Assembly: GCA_951406725.2 (NCBI GenBank)
Contig: OX597823.1
Location: 110,732,001 to 110,796,000, forward strand
Source of the DNA: Octopus vulgaris
Lineage: Eukaryota
Direction: 5' to 3'
Length of the DNA stretch: 64,000 nt
Shown: in pieces, positions 37,393 through 52,978 of the stretch
Layout of the letters: each line of letters opens with the position of its first letter
Numbering within the stretch: the first letter of the stretch is position 1
Program-made: the position numbers and the translations under genes
Notes under the pieces: generated by a model
Databases searched by the model: none
The model's input: the letters and a program-made list of their open reading frames with translations, nothing else
What the model was told of the DNA's origin: nothing

Positions 37393-38417
37393 ACACACAT
37401 TCATTTACGCAGTTATTTTTTTTTATGTTCTTATTGTTTCAGTTAGCTGGCGTTTTAATATTTTTGCTTGATTATTTATTATATTTTTTATTTTCTTTTT
37501 CAATTTTTGCTTTTTCCCTTGATTCCATGGGTGGGCGGAGAATCGGTGATTCCACAATGAATAGCAGGGTTCCAAATTTGCTTTTGTAGTTCTGCATTAG
37601 TTTCCAAGCGAAAGGTATTTTGTTGATAAGAAAATGCATTACACATTCACTTTGAACCTTGATTTCATTATTATTATGTGTAATAGTGATGTTGTTGTTG
37701 TTGTTGTTGCTGCTGTTGTTGTTATGGCCTTGTGCCTCCCATAGAAATCATCACCATCACCATCATCATCGTCGTCGTCGTCCTCATGTGTATTATTGTT
37801 GTAGTTTGGTTGGTTCGGTGTGAGGTGGATAATAAAGCGAGTCTTGCCTCTTGCTTTCATATTGGACAATTTTGTTATAATGCTGTTGTTGTTGTTATTG
37901 CGGTTGTTGTTGTTGTTGTTGTTGGCCGTGGTGGTTATGGTGGTTATGGTGGTGGTATTGATGTTCGTTATTGTATGTTGACATTATTCTTCGTGTTGTT
38001 CTCGTTTATGTTGCTGTCTTTGATGATGTTTGTTGTTGTTGATGATATTACTGATGTTGCTGATGTTGTTATTGTTGTTTGTGGAGCTGATATAAATTGT
38101 TGTATGTCGATGTCATTATTGTTGTTGTTGTTGAATGTTAACGTTGCAGCTGGTGTTGTTGTTGTTTTTTTACTGTTTTTATTTGATTTTTTTTTACAGT
38201 AAATGTTGATTTTGTTGTTGTTCTTAGATGGTTGCTGTTGGGATTGTTGTTGTTGTTGACACTTATTCTTTAGTAATACTAACAGCATTAGTACCGCTAG
38301 TGGTTGACTTCAGTGCTCATAATGTAGCTACCACAGAAATTCTTGTTGCTGTTGTTGAAGCTAGTGGAAATGACAGAAGTAGTAACAGTAGTACTGGCAG
38401 TGACGTTGGTGGTAGTT

Positions 38418-38838
38418 TCCTGTTTCTTTATTGCCCACAAGGGGCTAAACATAGAGGGGACAAACAAGGACAGACAAACGGATTAAGTCGATTTTATCGA
38501 CCCCAGTGCGTAACTGGAACTTAATTTATCGAAACCGAAAGGATAAAAGGCAAAGTCGACCTCGGAGGAATTTGAACTCAAAACGCAGCGGCGGACGAAA
38601 TACCTATTTCTTTACTACACACACAAGAGGCTAAACACAGAGAGGACAAACAAGGATAGACAAACGGATTAAGTCGATTTTATCGACTCCAGTGCGTAAC
38701 TGGTACTTATTTAATCGACCCCGAAAGGATGAAAAGCAAAGTCGACCTCGGCGGAATTTGAACTCAGAACACAGCGGCGGACGAAATACCACAAAGCATT
38801 TCGCCCGGCGCGCTAACGTTTCTGCCAGCTCGCCGCCT
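38418..38838 (-). mobile_element. Family-A SINE, head-to-tail dimer
   Basis: Junction gacgaaatac|ctatttcttta at about 38603, the same as in the other multimers. Confidence 0.88.
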
Positions 38839-39079
38839 GGTAGTGGTGGTTCCAGTGATGGTAGTGGTTGTAGTAGTTGTAGTAGTAGTAGTAGTAGTGG
38901 TGGTGGTGGTGGTGGTGGTGGTGGTTGTATTGAAGGCGTTATAGTAGTGGTGGTAATTGTTTTAATGATGGTAAAGAATGGTGGTTTGAAAAAGTGGTAG
39001 GCAGTATCATTACCATTGTTGTTGCCCAATCCCACTGTTTACACCATCATTTATTTTGTATCATTTCATTATTTCAACA

Positions 39080-40390
<1,311 letters not shown>

Positions 40391-40838
40391 AAATATATGT
40401 ATGTGGATGTGTTGTTACAGGTACGTATATGTGCATTACATAGATGTATATATGTATGAGTGTGTGGGTGTGTTTCTGTGCTTGTGTGTGTGTTTGTGTG
40501 TGTGAGTGTGTGTATCTGTGTGCGCAGTTTTTAATTTGGAATTCTACAAATCCTTTTTTTTTTCTATATTGTTGTGTTGTTGTGTTGTTGTTGTTGTTGT
40601 TCTTTCTCTTCCCCACTCTCTTAAGAATTCTTTTAGATTAAACATGAATAACTGCTTTGTTCATGATACCATTTAATGTGTATAACTGGTAATAGTGGAA
40701 TGGAAACATGGCACAATAACTAAGAATTATCTTTTACTCGAAAGCCTACTGGTCAGTAAATAATATTTGTGACAGATGGAACAGCCTACAACGTTGTTTA
40801 TGATTCTAACATGAAGCTATATATATATTTGTGAGTGT

Positions 40839-40896
<58 letters not shown>

Positions 40897-40976
40897 ATGT
40901 ATATATTCGTGCATTTATATATGCATATATAATACATATATATGTATATATGAATATATATATTCATATAAATATA

Positions 40977-41026
<50 letters not shown>

Positions 41027-41373
41027 TAGATATTAATATGCATTTATATATGTGTGTGTATATATATGTATATATATATTTTTATGAACATATATATATA
41101 AATATATATATATATATGAATACACACACACATATATATATATATAAATACGTATGCGAATGTATATATATATACATATATATAGGATTCATTAAAGACA
41201 CAACAGTTTTACAGTTGTATCTTTTTTATTACAGAGTTTTCATATTTCCATATCAGTTTTTATGATTACATATGTATGAATGCAAACACACACATGCACC
41301 CATGTACATACAAAAATACATATATACACACATACATACATAAATATATATATACACACATATATATATATTT

Positions 41374-41434
<61 letters not shown>

Positions 41435-42129
41435 CGTATGTATATATATGTATATATACATATATATATAATATATGTGTATGTATGCAAGTATGTGTGT
41501 GTGTCTGTACATGCGTTCCTGTGTAGTAGTCTACGTATACCTTTGTACATAAAATAACTTTCCAAATGCAGAAAAAGACAAAATATTTGTTTATTAGGAT
41601 ATTTTTGCTCAATGACACTTATTTACTGTGGAATGTAACCACGCTTTTGTGTGATGTGGATTATTGCGAGAAAAATATCGTTCCTTTTTAAATCCCCAAA
41701 ACGAGGGTTTTGAGCAAAAATAATCGAATAGTTAAGGTATTTATTGATTGGTCTGTCAGTACCTGATATAATAGGAGTTCAATGTCAATGCATATTCTTT
41801 CAGTTTTTCCGCTATATTCATTCATGTGGACCTGCTGAAGCATTACACTACGTTAGACCCGGTACTTCGTTATCAACATGAAATACACGAGAAGAAAAAA
41901 TGAAAATAGACCTGAATACAACAACAACTCTTAACTTAAAATGTTGCTTAAAGTATAAAATGAGTTTACCTATTTTTAAATATCAAGCTAGCTTATACAG
42001 ATAGCAAATGAACAAATTAACTTCCCAGATCATCTATTTTATATGCTTAGATATGAAACTTCGAGTTACAGTGTATTACAGGAATGCATATGATTATGCA
42101 TAAACACACACGCCCCCACAAACATATAC

Positions 42130-42183
<54 letters not shown>

Positions 42184-42395
42184 GTATATGTGTACACACA
42201 GAAAATTATTAATATTAATGGATATAATATAACATGGACCATATATATGTATGTGTATCTCTCTTCATGTAAGTCTATATATATCAAAAGAGAAAAGAGG
42301 AATGCAGAATACATTTTATATGCAAGATTAACGAAAACGGAATAAAAACAGAATACAACCATTTACATTTATTCTTCTATTTCCCTATCTGTCTG

Positions 42396-42438
<43 letters not shown>

Positions 42439-43148
42439 CTCTCTCTTATCTCTGACTTCTAATGTACACCAGATTAATTCCTGGAGATTTTGTTAAAGAA
42501 ATAGCTTTTGCAAGCATGTTCTCTGATTTTAATCTTAAGTGTTTCTTCCCTCATTTGTTGTTTATGTTGTTGATTTTCTTGTAGTGTTTTCTCTCTTCTT
42601 CATTACTTAATCCCATTTTTTTTCATTCATTTACATCACCCCCAACTCAGTATAATTTATACTTTATATATATTACATATTTTTTCTTCTTCTGCTGTTT
42701 TTTTTCATTAGATTTTTTATTTATTTACTTCCACATCAAATTATTTTATTTAATTTGTTACAAGGAAATCATATTTCACAGAACACATGCATATATATAT
42801 ACATATATATATATCTATATATATATATGACAGATGTTGTATATATCATCTATGATATAGATGATATATGCACACACATTTATATGTATGTATATATATA
42901 TCTATATCTATCTATCTATATATATATATATATATATATATATGTTTGTATATATGTATTTATATACTTATATAGATAGATGAGTGCATATATATACCTG
43001 CAGACATGGGTATACCACAAATGCTAAGGTTAATACGTGCAGTTGAAAACTACATATCTAATTATATAAATTCATGTAAAACTATTGACTGGTATCTCTA
43101 CTTTGAAATAATTTAAGTTCATGTCATCCAAAATACGTATGCAAATCG

Positions 43149-43185
<37 letters not shown>

Positions 43186-43188
<3 letters not shown>

Positions 43189-43452
43189 AAAAGGTTTGAA
43201 AATGCAATTTAAACGATGTTAATTTACTTAACCGGTTTCACTCTTTGGTAAAAGATTGTCAAAAGTAACATTAAAAGTATCATTGAATAATATGGGTTCA
43301 AAAGTTTTACATAATTGTCATATTGAATATTATGCATTCAAAAAGTTTTTACATAATTCTCACATTGGATATTATGAATTCAAAAATGTTTTTATACAAA
43401 ATTGTCACATTACATGTGTAAATATAGTGTTTGGTAACAGAAGTTCAATAGT

Positions 43453-43455
<3 letters not shown>
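43186..43455 (-). mobile_element. ~270-bp insert in (TA)n carrying a minimal hammerhead-like motif (43225-43267) and an ~41-bp tandem repeat x3
   Basis: Minus strand tactt-TTGACAA-tcttttaccaaagagt-GAAA-ccgg-TT-aagta. Stem I is a perfect 5 bp, the CCGG loop is palindromic, and the core is two transitions from CUGACGA. Confidence 0.55.
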
Positions 43456-43502
<47 letters not shown>

Positions 43503-43535
43503 GCATATGTATATGTATGTGTGTGTATGTATATA

Positions 43536-43580
<45 letters not shown>

Positions 43581-44869
43581 GTGTGTGTATATATGCATAT
43601 ATATATATATATATATGTGTGTGTGTATCAGCAGATGAAAATAAATGCATTTGATGCAGTTTGTTTCATAAGTTCATCCACCTGCAACAGCATATGTGCA
43701 ACAAATATTAAGATTTTTGCTGTTTTAATTATTTTAAAAGGAATGTTTATGTTCATTTTTATTTTCTCTCTTCCGTACATTATCTATAGCAGCTGAGTTT
43801 ATGTCTATGTTGCCTTCCAACTTATGTGGTTGCCTTTATATTTGGTTTAGAATACATTGAGAAGTATTCTCCAGTCTCAAACACATCCTAAAAATGTTAT
43901 TGAGCTGAGACGTATCTTGTTCTTCAGCTTATGATTTCTTCTTCTTGCAATCTTATTTAATGTCTGTATTTTTGTTACTTTAAATTTAAAACGATTTCTT
44001 TATGGAAGCACTCATCGTGGGAGACAGAAAATTCAGGTATAACCGTGTGGTATTTTGCTTCCTGACCACATATATATAAGATTATTATGTAAAGCTAGGG
44101 GCTTTTATAAATAAGGCAGTAATTTATAAAGCTGTGGGGGATAATGTTTGGGGATAATATATATATATATGTAAATATATACATATATATATAGTCTATG
44201 TGTGTTTGTCCACCACCACCACCACCACTATCTAACAAACAGTGTTGGTGTGTTTATATTCCTGTAACTTAGCAGTTTATCAAATGAGGTCGATGGAATA
44301 AGTACCAGGCTTAACAAAACTATTAAGTACCATGGTCAATTCATACAAACTAAAAACCCTTCAAGTTGGTGCCCCAGCATGGCCACAGTCAAATGACTAA
44401 AATAAGTAAAGCTCATAGATTCCTGTTATATATTCTAGATATCCACAGCTATAAAAATATATTGAACGATTGCTGCTAGTGGCCTTTATCATCAGGTTGC
44501 AATTAAAGAGGGCAGTAATTTGGCAAAATCATTAGAATATTGGGCAAAACGCCTAAACCTTATTATTTACTGTCTTTTATTTTCTCTGTCCAAATCCAAC
44601 TGTGTCAACTTTGCCTTAATCCTTCTGGAGTTGATGAAATATACACAAATCAAATACTGGAATCATCCAATTAACTATACGATTTCCTCCAAATTTTTAT
44701 TCTAACTCTACAAGAAATTAGTGTTTGTTCACCAAATAATTGTGTTAGTCATTCAGTTCCAAAACAATTTTGTTTCTTTAATATTTATGAATTTCATCAA
44801 GATAATCACCGTTTTCAATAATTTATTTCAATTTGGCACAATATCAGATGACTGCACCAAGATCTGCAC

Positions 44870-45478
44870 TTTTCCCTACAGCCCTACAATAATGGATTTT
44901 ATATTGTTTCTAAAACTTTTTGATCATTCACCAAAATATGTCATTATTTCCTTACCCTTCATACATACTCTCGCCTCCCCTACACACCAACACAACCACA
45001 CCCCAACACCACCACACCCCAACACCACCACACCCCAACACCACCACACCCCAACACCACAACACACACCACCATACCACATCACACCACCCCGCACACA
45101 TTAGCACTGACCACTTCCCAGCACCTACACCATCATCCACACACCTACACATGCATACACGCACATGTCAAGATCACCAGCCCCCTTCTACACGCACATA
45201 CATACGCATGTGCACCTTCGTTTTGGGATCACCACTACTTTATCTCCCCTTTTTCCTATCTTTCTTGTGTGATCCGTCTGTCGGGTATTCGGCATGATAG
45301 ATCGCTAGCCACTAAACTTTTTTCTATTTTCTATCCCTGTTTATTTCTGTGTTCCTTTCTGTTGAAGAGTGTAGGCTCAAAACGTAAAAGACCTTCTCAC
45401 TTGAGCGTTAAACTAATATCTGTTTGTTGTTTTCACACCCGTCTTCATCTTTTTTTTTTTTTGTAAATTCTCACTACG
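44870..45478 (+). mobile_element. Longer copy of the hammerhead-bearing repeat, with a C/A-rich upstream extension
   Basis: 45290-45478 aligns to 4925-5180. Core ctttCTGTTGAagagtgtaggctcAAAAcgTAaaag at 45355-45390. The left boundary is uncertain. Confidence 0.6.
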
Positions 45479-46379
45479 TACGTACATACATACATACATA
45501 CATACAGGTCAGCCGCCCAGCAAATATAAATATCTCTTTGAAAATCAAGTAAAAAGAGGATATCTATGGACAATTACTTCAAAACCTCCAGCTTCTATAT
45601 CCAGACTATGAATTCATATTCATGCCAATAATAAATGGAGCACTACGTTTTGTCAGTAAATGCTTAAAGGAGAATATGGATAACTGGGATTCTCAGAAAG
45701 AGAAACTGACCAGCTGATTCATATATTACAAATGCAATCAGTGAGTGGAACAGTAAAAGTATTCAAGACTTTTCTCAAGTTCCAAATGTTATTTTGTTTG
45801 TATTAACTACATCCCAAAGTTGGAGCCTTGTATCTTTGATGGAAACTGGCTCCCTTCTCAGGGGAAGATTTATAATAATTAAAAAAATAGAACAAACATA
45901 CATACACATATATCATCATCATCATTTAATGTCTGTCTGCCATGCATGCACAGGTAGGATGGTTGACATTAGCTGGCCAAGCAAAAGACTAACCTGGGTG
46001 CTGTGTCTGTTTTGGGAGGGGTTTTTTACAGCTGGATGCCCTTCCTAATACTAATGATTTTCAGATATTTTATGGGTAGTATAGTTAGAAGAATGCAAGT
46101 TATAATGATGACAATAGAAATAACATTATACACATTTAGAAAGATGATGGTACAGAAACTTTACAGCACTGGACAAGCTGGAGGTGGGTTTTTTTTTTTC
46201 TGGATATATTAAATGAGGAATAAAATGTTCTTTGCAGTGAATTATATAGTATCAACAATTTAAGATTAGTCAGAAACTTTGAAGGTATATGGAATTTACT
46301 TTATTTATACAGAGGTGTTAAAGGTTTTTAGAATTTACTAAGGAAATAAAATAAAATACTGTTGACCCTTTTCATCTTT

Positions 46380-46472
<93 letters not shown>

Positions 46473-46475
<3 letters not shown>

Positions 46476-46755
46476 TCATCATCATCGTTTAACGTCCGTT
46501 TTCCATGCTAGCACGTGTTAGACGGTTCAACCGGGGTCTGGGAAGCCAGAAGGAGGCTGCACCAGGCTCCAGTCTGATCTGGCAGTGTTTCTACAGCTGG
46601 ATGCCCTTCCTAACGCCAACCACTCCGTGAGTGTAGTGGGTGCTTTTTACGTCCCACCGGCACATAAGCCAGTCAAAGCGGCGCTGGCATCGGCCACGTT
46701 CGGATGGTGCTTTTTACGTGCCACCGGCACAGGTATCACAACTACTATTTCCATT

Positions 46756-46757
<2 letters not shown>
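46473..46757 (-). mobile_element. Family C retroposon, 5'-truncated, inserted in (TA)n
   Basis: Same tail as the other copies, with two gt(c/g)ccaccggcac modules. Confidence 0.82.
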
Positions 46758-46816
<59 letters not shown>

Positions 46817-47594
46817 TGTATGTATGTACGTATTAAGTGCTAGAGGGTCAATATCTGTGTATATTCCATTTCCTTAGAACAATTCAAGGACATTATATTC
46901 TTGTATATATGTAAACTAAGAAATGGTATAAGTCATTTACTTCTGACTAAGCTGTCTTTATTCATAAACATTCACACACACTTGTAAACACATACCCGCA
47001 CACATGCACACTCACACACACACACATACTCACACACGTGCACGCACTCTTGTGAAACTGTCGGGTGTGATTTGAGACAGATTGGGCTGCTATTTCTACC
47101 AAGTGTGGAGGGTGATTTGCAAATGTAAAGATAGCAAATACTTGCAATTCAAAATGTTACTTTCACTTATGCAGCAAATATGTAAATGAAATATATTTCA
47201 TTTTCTAATTAAGTAAGCAATGTAATCAAATTGGGAAAATAGTGAGACTGAATGAATTTTCTTTAATCATTTTATCTTTTTCACTTCAACACACACACAC
47301 ACACACACATATACACGAATATATTCGTTTGTTGAATTATGTGACTGGTTTTGGTTTCGTGCTGGATTCGTTTTACTTCTGGTCATATGCCGTAGAAACA
47401 GAAGGAAGTCAAAACAGAGGGAGATTAATTTTAGACAATTAATATGCACAAACACACACAATCCAATTCATATTTTATCAATCTAAAACTTAATTCTTCA
47501 TAATGAAATCAAAAGAAAGCACAAAGCATTGCTAGAAATTCCCCATGGCTTTCCTTGTTGGCCTCATTGTTTTTGTTGTTGTTATTAATGTCAA

Positions 47595-47862
47595 TCTAAT
47601 CTTATAGTGGCCATTTAGCTTTGATTGGAGCACAAACCGACTTCTCCTCAAATACTGTTTCCTGTACATTTCTTTCATCTTGTGTTCATTCATCTTATCT
47701 CTTTCAATGATACCCAGGTACTTATATCCTTCCTCTCTGATTTCCTTCCAGCTTGATCCCATGCCTTTTACTGATTTCTCCCTTTTAAGAATCATTACAC
47801 CACACTTCTCGATTCCAAATTCCATGCCAATATCTTTGCTAATCATCTGCACAGTTGCAGCC
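47595..47862 (-). mobile_element. R4/Dong-type reverse transcriptase fragment
   Basis: SKDIGMEFGIEKCGVMILKR..EEGYKYLGI..YLRRSRFVLQSKLNG (RT motifs 6-7 and thumb of the R4/Dong group). Confidence 0.8.
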
Positions 47863-48044
47863 AAACTCTCAAGATTAACAGCACATGAACTTGCAGATGG
47901 GACCTTGTTAGAATTTTTTTTTCAGATTGAGTAGCCTATCCCACTCAAAAGGTCCCTGAATGAAACATCCATGTTTCCAGACATGCATTATTCAAACCCC
48001 AGAGAATTCCTCTCAACACATAGTTATGATGATCTCCCACTACT

Positions 48045-49077
48045 TATTATTATTATTGTTTTTTTCCTTCTTTCTTCAAATTTTCTTCCATTACTCGCCA
48101 AGTGTTTTCCGTACACCTAGAGCAGAGAAGCTCATTGCATGCATTCCCAGATTACACACGCAAATTCACAGGTAAAATACGTATTTAAAAAAAAATAAAT
48201 AAATTCATGAATGGATGTTTTTTTCACAGCGATAATGCTCTTCTCAGTACATGAGTTGTTCCAGTTAATACGATATTTTGCACTTCCTGTAGGGATGGTA
48301 AACGTGGTATCATTTTCAAATAGGTTTCAGTAGCTTTTTTTTTTTATCATTCCTAGAGATCCTACAATCACTGGTACTGCAGTCGCCTTGAGATGATACA
48401 TTTTTTTCAATTTCTAGTAGCAAGTCTTTATATTTACTGATCTTGTCAAATTCTTTCGCCGCTATATTGTGATCGCAAGGAATACTCGTGTCAATTAATA
48501 ATCACACCATTTTTGTCTGATCTTTTATAATAATATCCCGTTTATTAGCTTTTATAGTTTTGTCAGAATGTACATGGAAGTCCCATAGAATCGACACATT
48601 TTCTCCCTCAGTCACAGCTTCTGGATGGTGTTTATACCATTTGTCAGCGGTTTTGCTTTTATAATGCCGACATATTGTCCAGTATAAATACTGGGCGACT
48701 CTGTCATGTCTTGCTTTATATTCTACAGGTGCTAAGACTCTACACCCTGAGATTAGGTGGTCTATTATTTCAATCTCATCGTTACAAAATTGGCATTTTG
48801 GGTCAGCTCCATTTTTTATCACATTGGCTTGGTAGTTCCTGGTTAATAAGCTTTGGTCTTGAGCAGCTAATATGAAACCTTCACTCTCTGCTTTTAGCCC
48901 TGAGCTTCGTAACCATTGATGCATGTGTTTCTGGTCTACATCAGCTTGTTTGCTATGGGCCACATACTTGCCATGCAGAGGTTTCTGTTCCCATCTGCTA
49001 GCTAATTTTTCATGTGCTTTTGTCTTTGCAATTAATTTTACTTTCTTTGCAGCAGCAGTTGGCACATTTCCTTCAAC

Positions 49078-49078
<1 letters not shown>
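48045..49078 (-). mobile_element. R4/Dong-clade LINE 3' portion, second subfamily
   Basis: ORF 48502-49170 reads WEQKPLHGKY..WLRSSGLKAESEGFILAAQDQSL.TRNY..KCQFC..IDHLISGC..YKARHD..ILWDF..KANKRDIII. After a frameshift it continues LLID.SIP.D..KYKDL..VPVIVGSLG..HVLRRALSL*. AAT repeats at both ends. Confidence 0.9.
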
Positions 49079-49152
<74 letters not shown>

Positions 49153-49179
49153 TAATATTATTATTATCATTATTATTTA

Positions 49180-49341
49180 TAGTCTTGCACAGCTTCTAAT
49201 GCTGGAGATGTACTACAGTGCTAGATGCTCACTACAAATGAACTAATATAACAGCCCTTATTTTTCGAGCACCTTCCAGAGTATTTGAGTGGTTCCAAGC
49301 AGTGCTGATTTCTGCAAGTGCTCTCCCCTTATTGCAGCCCC
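49180..49341 (-). mobile_element. 3' tip of an R4/Dong-type LINE (same subfamily as 26222 and 32852)
   Basis: GAAIRGEHLQKSALLGTTQILWKVLEK* plus the shared 3'UTR, between ATT tracts. Confidence 0.8.
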
Positions 49342-49405
49342 ATTATTATTATTATTATTGTTATTATGATTATCATTATTATTATGATTATTATTATTAT
49401 TATTA

Positions 49406-49437
<32 letters not shown>

Positions 49438-49450
49438 GTTGTTGTTGTTG

Positions 49451-49484
<34 letters not shown>

Positions 49485-49745
49485 GATACCTAATATAAGG
49501 AGAAAGATACAAACTTTATGGCGGTAATTATTGATTACAGTGGTATTGCTAAATGACTCTACTTCAGTTTATCAACCTGGGATGTTAAAAAGCAAGCATT
49601 GAATTTGATGCGATTTGAACTCAGAACATAAAGAAACATTTCTAAATATCACGAGACATTTTTCTACATTTTCCCAATTTTCCCATCCACTGAACCCTTA
49701 ATACTATTATCACCATCATCATCATCATCATCATCATTATCATCA

Positions 49746-49940
<195 letters not shown>

Positions 49941-50619
49941 TAAAAATAGTAATAATGATAAATAAAAACTGAACCAGAAAAATTTGAGCATTTTGCCAAG
50001 GGACATAAAACAATAATTTCAGTCTCCTGCAAGAAAACATTCAAGGAAACTTTTGCTGCTGTTGTTGTTGTCGATGTTGTTGTTGTTGTTGTTGACATCG
50101 TCATTGTTGTTCCTGTGCTGCTTCTGTAATTGTTGTTTTCTTGCTCTATTTTTTTTTTTTGTTTTTGTTACTATTGTTATTGTCGTTGTTGTTGCTGCTT
50201 TTGTTGTTTCTAGTTTTGTTGTTTTATTTTTTCATCGTCTGTTCAGTAAAACAGGCATAAAAAAACCAAAAAAAAAAAAAACAGGGTAATTTAAATGCTG
50301 TGGGGAACTAAAGATGAAGTTTATATTTCAAGCCTGATTAACGCCCCCACCACATAAAAAAAAGAAGGGTCAATATTCCATTCACATTTAATTCACCTCC
50401 CACACTTTATTATTTATTTTGTTTTTAAAGAAAGAAGAACAAAAAATGGATAAAATATTAAAAAATGTCCTTATAAATGTTTTTGTGTATCTACGATTTT
50501 TTTTTCTTTTGCATTCCTCCCTTAACAACGAAATTTTACACATCCTTACTTTGAATCAATTCATTTGCCGAGAAAATTCATAATAAAATTATAGAAATAA
50601 GTGTCTATCCGTCTATCTG

Positions 50620-50674
<55 letters not shown>

Positions 50675-50798
50675 GTCTGTCTATCTCTCTCTCTCTCTCT
50701 CTGTCTATCTATCTATCTATCCATCTCTCTCTCTCTCTCTCTCTATCTATTTATCTATCTATCTATCTGTCTGTCAGTCTGTCTATCTATCCATCTAT

Positions 50799-50886
<88 letters not shown>

Positions 50887-50899
50887 ATTTATCTCTCTG

Positions 50900-50963
<64 letters not shown>

Positions 50964-51021
50964 TATATACATATATATATATATAAACAGACAACTAGAC
51001 AGATAGACAGACAGACAGACT

Positions 51022-51073
<52 letters not shown>

Positions 51074-52144
51074 TAGACATAGATATATTTGGTAGACATA
51101 AGCACACTTTTATATACATATACATTTATGTTTGTCTGTATGTGAATGCCTGTGTAAACAAGTAGAAAAAATCTTGTAAATATGAAATAATATAACGTAT
51201 AATATTTAATATAATAGAATATAATTTAATTTGTTTTCTAACACAAAGAAAAGAAAAGGAAAGAAAGAAAGCAATGGAAAGGAAAGGAAGAGAAAAGCGA
51301 AACCAAAAAGTATTAGGCAAAGAAAATAAAAGAGTTATTCACAATAATGTAATTTATCAATTCAGACATCAATTATGGCAATAAGTAAGCCTGAAGGAAT
51401 TTAAAAATTTTGAAAATAAAGAAATGTTCTTAAAAAAAAAGAAAAGAGAAAATTAAAAAGAATCAGATATTTTAAAAAATAAGCCAAGCAAAGAATTTTC
51501 TTCTCAATAAGATTGTTGAATTGGGGAATAGACTTTAGTGAATTGAGTGAAATAAAGAATTAAGTCAGAACTCCACTGAATGTTTGATGGTATTAAAAGC
51601 TAAAACATTTGATTTGTTATATTGCTGTTGTTTAGCTCTAGGGCAGCCCTGATTGAGCAGTGTTCAGGCAATAACTTTCTCACTTCTTTTCTAAGCATAG
51701 CATAGCACATATGTGCATTCATTCATGCATGCATACATAGAAATATACGTACATACATGCCTACATACATAGTGAGTCAACGTCTTTTTAGCTTTAATAT
51801 AAATCAGCTAACAATTGAGGTCATTTACCCTCAATTTCACTTCTTACTACACATTGCATTTTATTCTCTTTACCTTGGCATCCATCCCTCTGACTCCATC
51901 TCCTCACTACTTTCATTAAATTTCCTGGCCCTCGTACCTTGATTGACTGCCATGGCCCAGGAAACCAAGGATAACTAGCCTACTTCCATACTTTTCATGC
52001 TGCCAGCTACCAAGTTAAAACCAGAGACTTAACCTAAGTATGCCCAGATAACTGAACAAGATTGTCACTTTGCTGCGCTCTTTTTAAGGACAAAGAACAT
52101 TCTCTCACCTTTTTGAGAATGACATTTTCCAACATCTCACACTA

Positions 52145-52550
52145 TACAAGGGAGTACACAAAAGTAACTGGAAACATTGCCTGTAGGACAAATCCATCGT
52201 TGTCTAGGATTCCTCCGGTAGAAACCACTCGAAGCAACCCTCAGGCATCGGTCTGTCAACCAGTGTCTTGATCTAGAGTCCTACTGCTATGTGGTGCGCC
52301 TTTCGTTTGCAGTCCTTTTCCTCAGTGTTGCTAAAGGAACAACGTCCTTCTGTGAAATTATGTTTTCTGCTGGGTAAAATGGCAGCCAAAACGGTTGTCA
52401 TGCTTCAAAAAGCTTACAAAGATCCTACCATGAGCAAAACAGGTTTACGAGTGGTTTTCTGGCTTTAGGAAGATCATCTTCGTGCAGGGCAACTCACGAC
52501 CTCTCGAAGTTATGAACACATCATGAAAATTCATGTACTGATCTTGGTGG
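52145..52550 (+). mobile_element. Mariner 5' fragment
   Basis: Terminal-like tacaagggagtacacaaaagtaactggaa, then KEQRPSVKLCFLLGKMAAKTVVMLQKAYKDPTMSKT/VYEWF. Confidence 0.7.
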
Positions 52551-52978
52551 AAATTATTATGCAGAGATTCCAGGTGGCTAGCTGGCAGAATCGTTAGCAC
52601 ACTGGACGAAATGCTCAGCTGCATTTTATACGTTGCTATGCTCTAGTTTCGAATTCTGCAGAAGTCAGCTTTGTCTTTCGTCCTTTCGGAGTCATTAAAT
52701 TTAGTACCAGTGAAACACTGGAGTCAATGTAATCAACTAGTTCCCTCCCCCGATTATGCAGAGGTTCCACATTCCATTAGCTCTAATTTTCTCCACAACC
52801 AATATCAACTCTTTCCCTTGGAATATGTTTGTCATTCATGAACCAAGAACTACCAAATCCAATCACAAGGCTTTGGTCGGCCCATAGCTATAGTAGAAGA
52901 CACTTGCCCAAGGTGCCATGCAGTGGGACTGAACCTAGAACCATGTGGCTGCTTAGCAAGCTACGTACCACATATCCA

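Noticed and set aside
41628-41645. miR-1-like tggaatgtaa
   Set aside because: Only 10 nt match, and I see no precursor hairpin.
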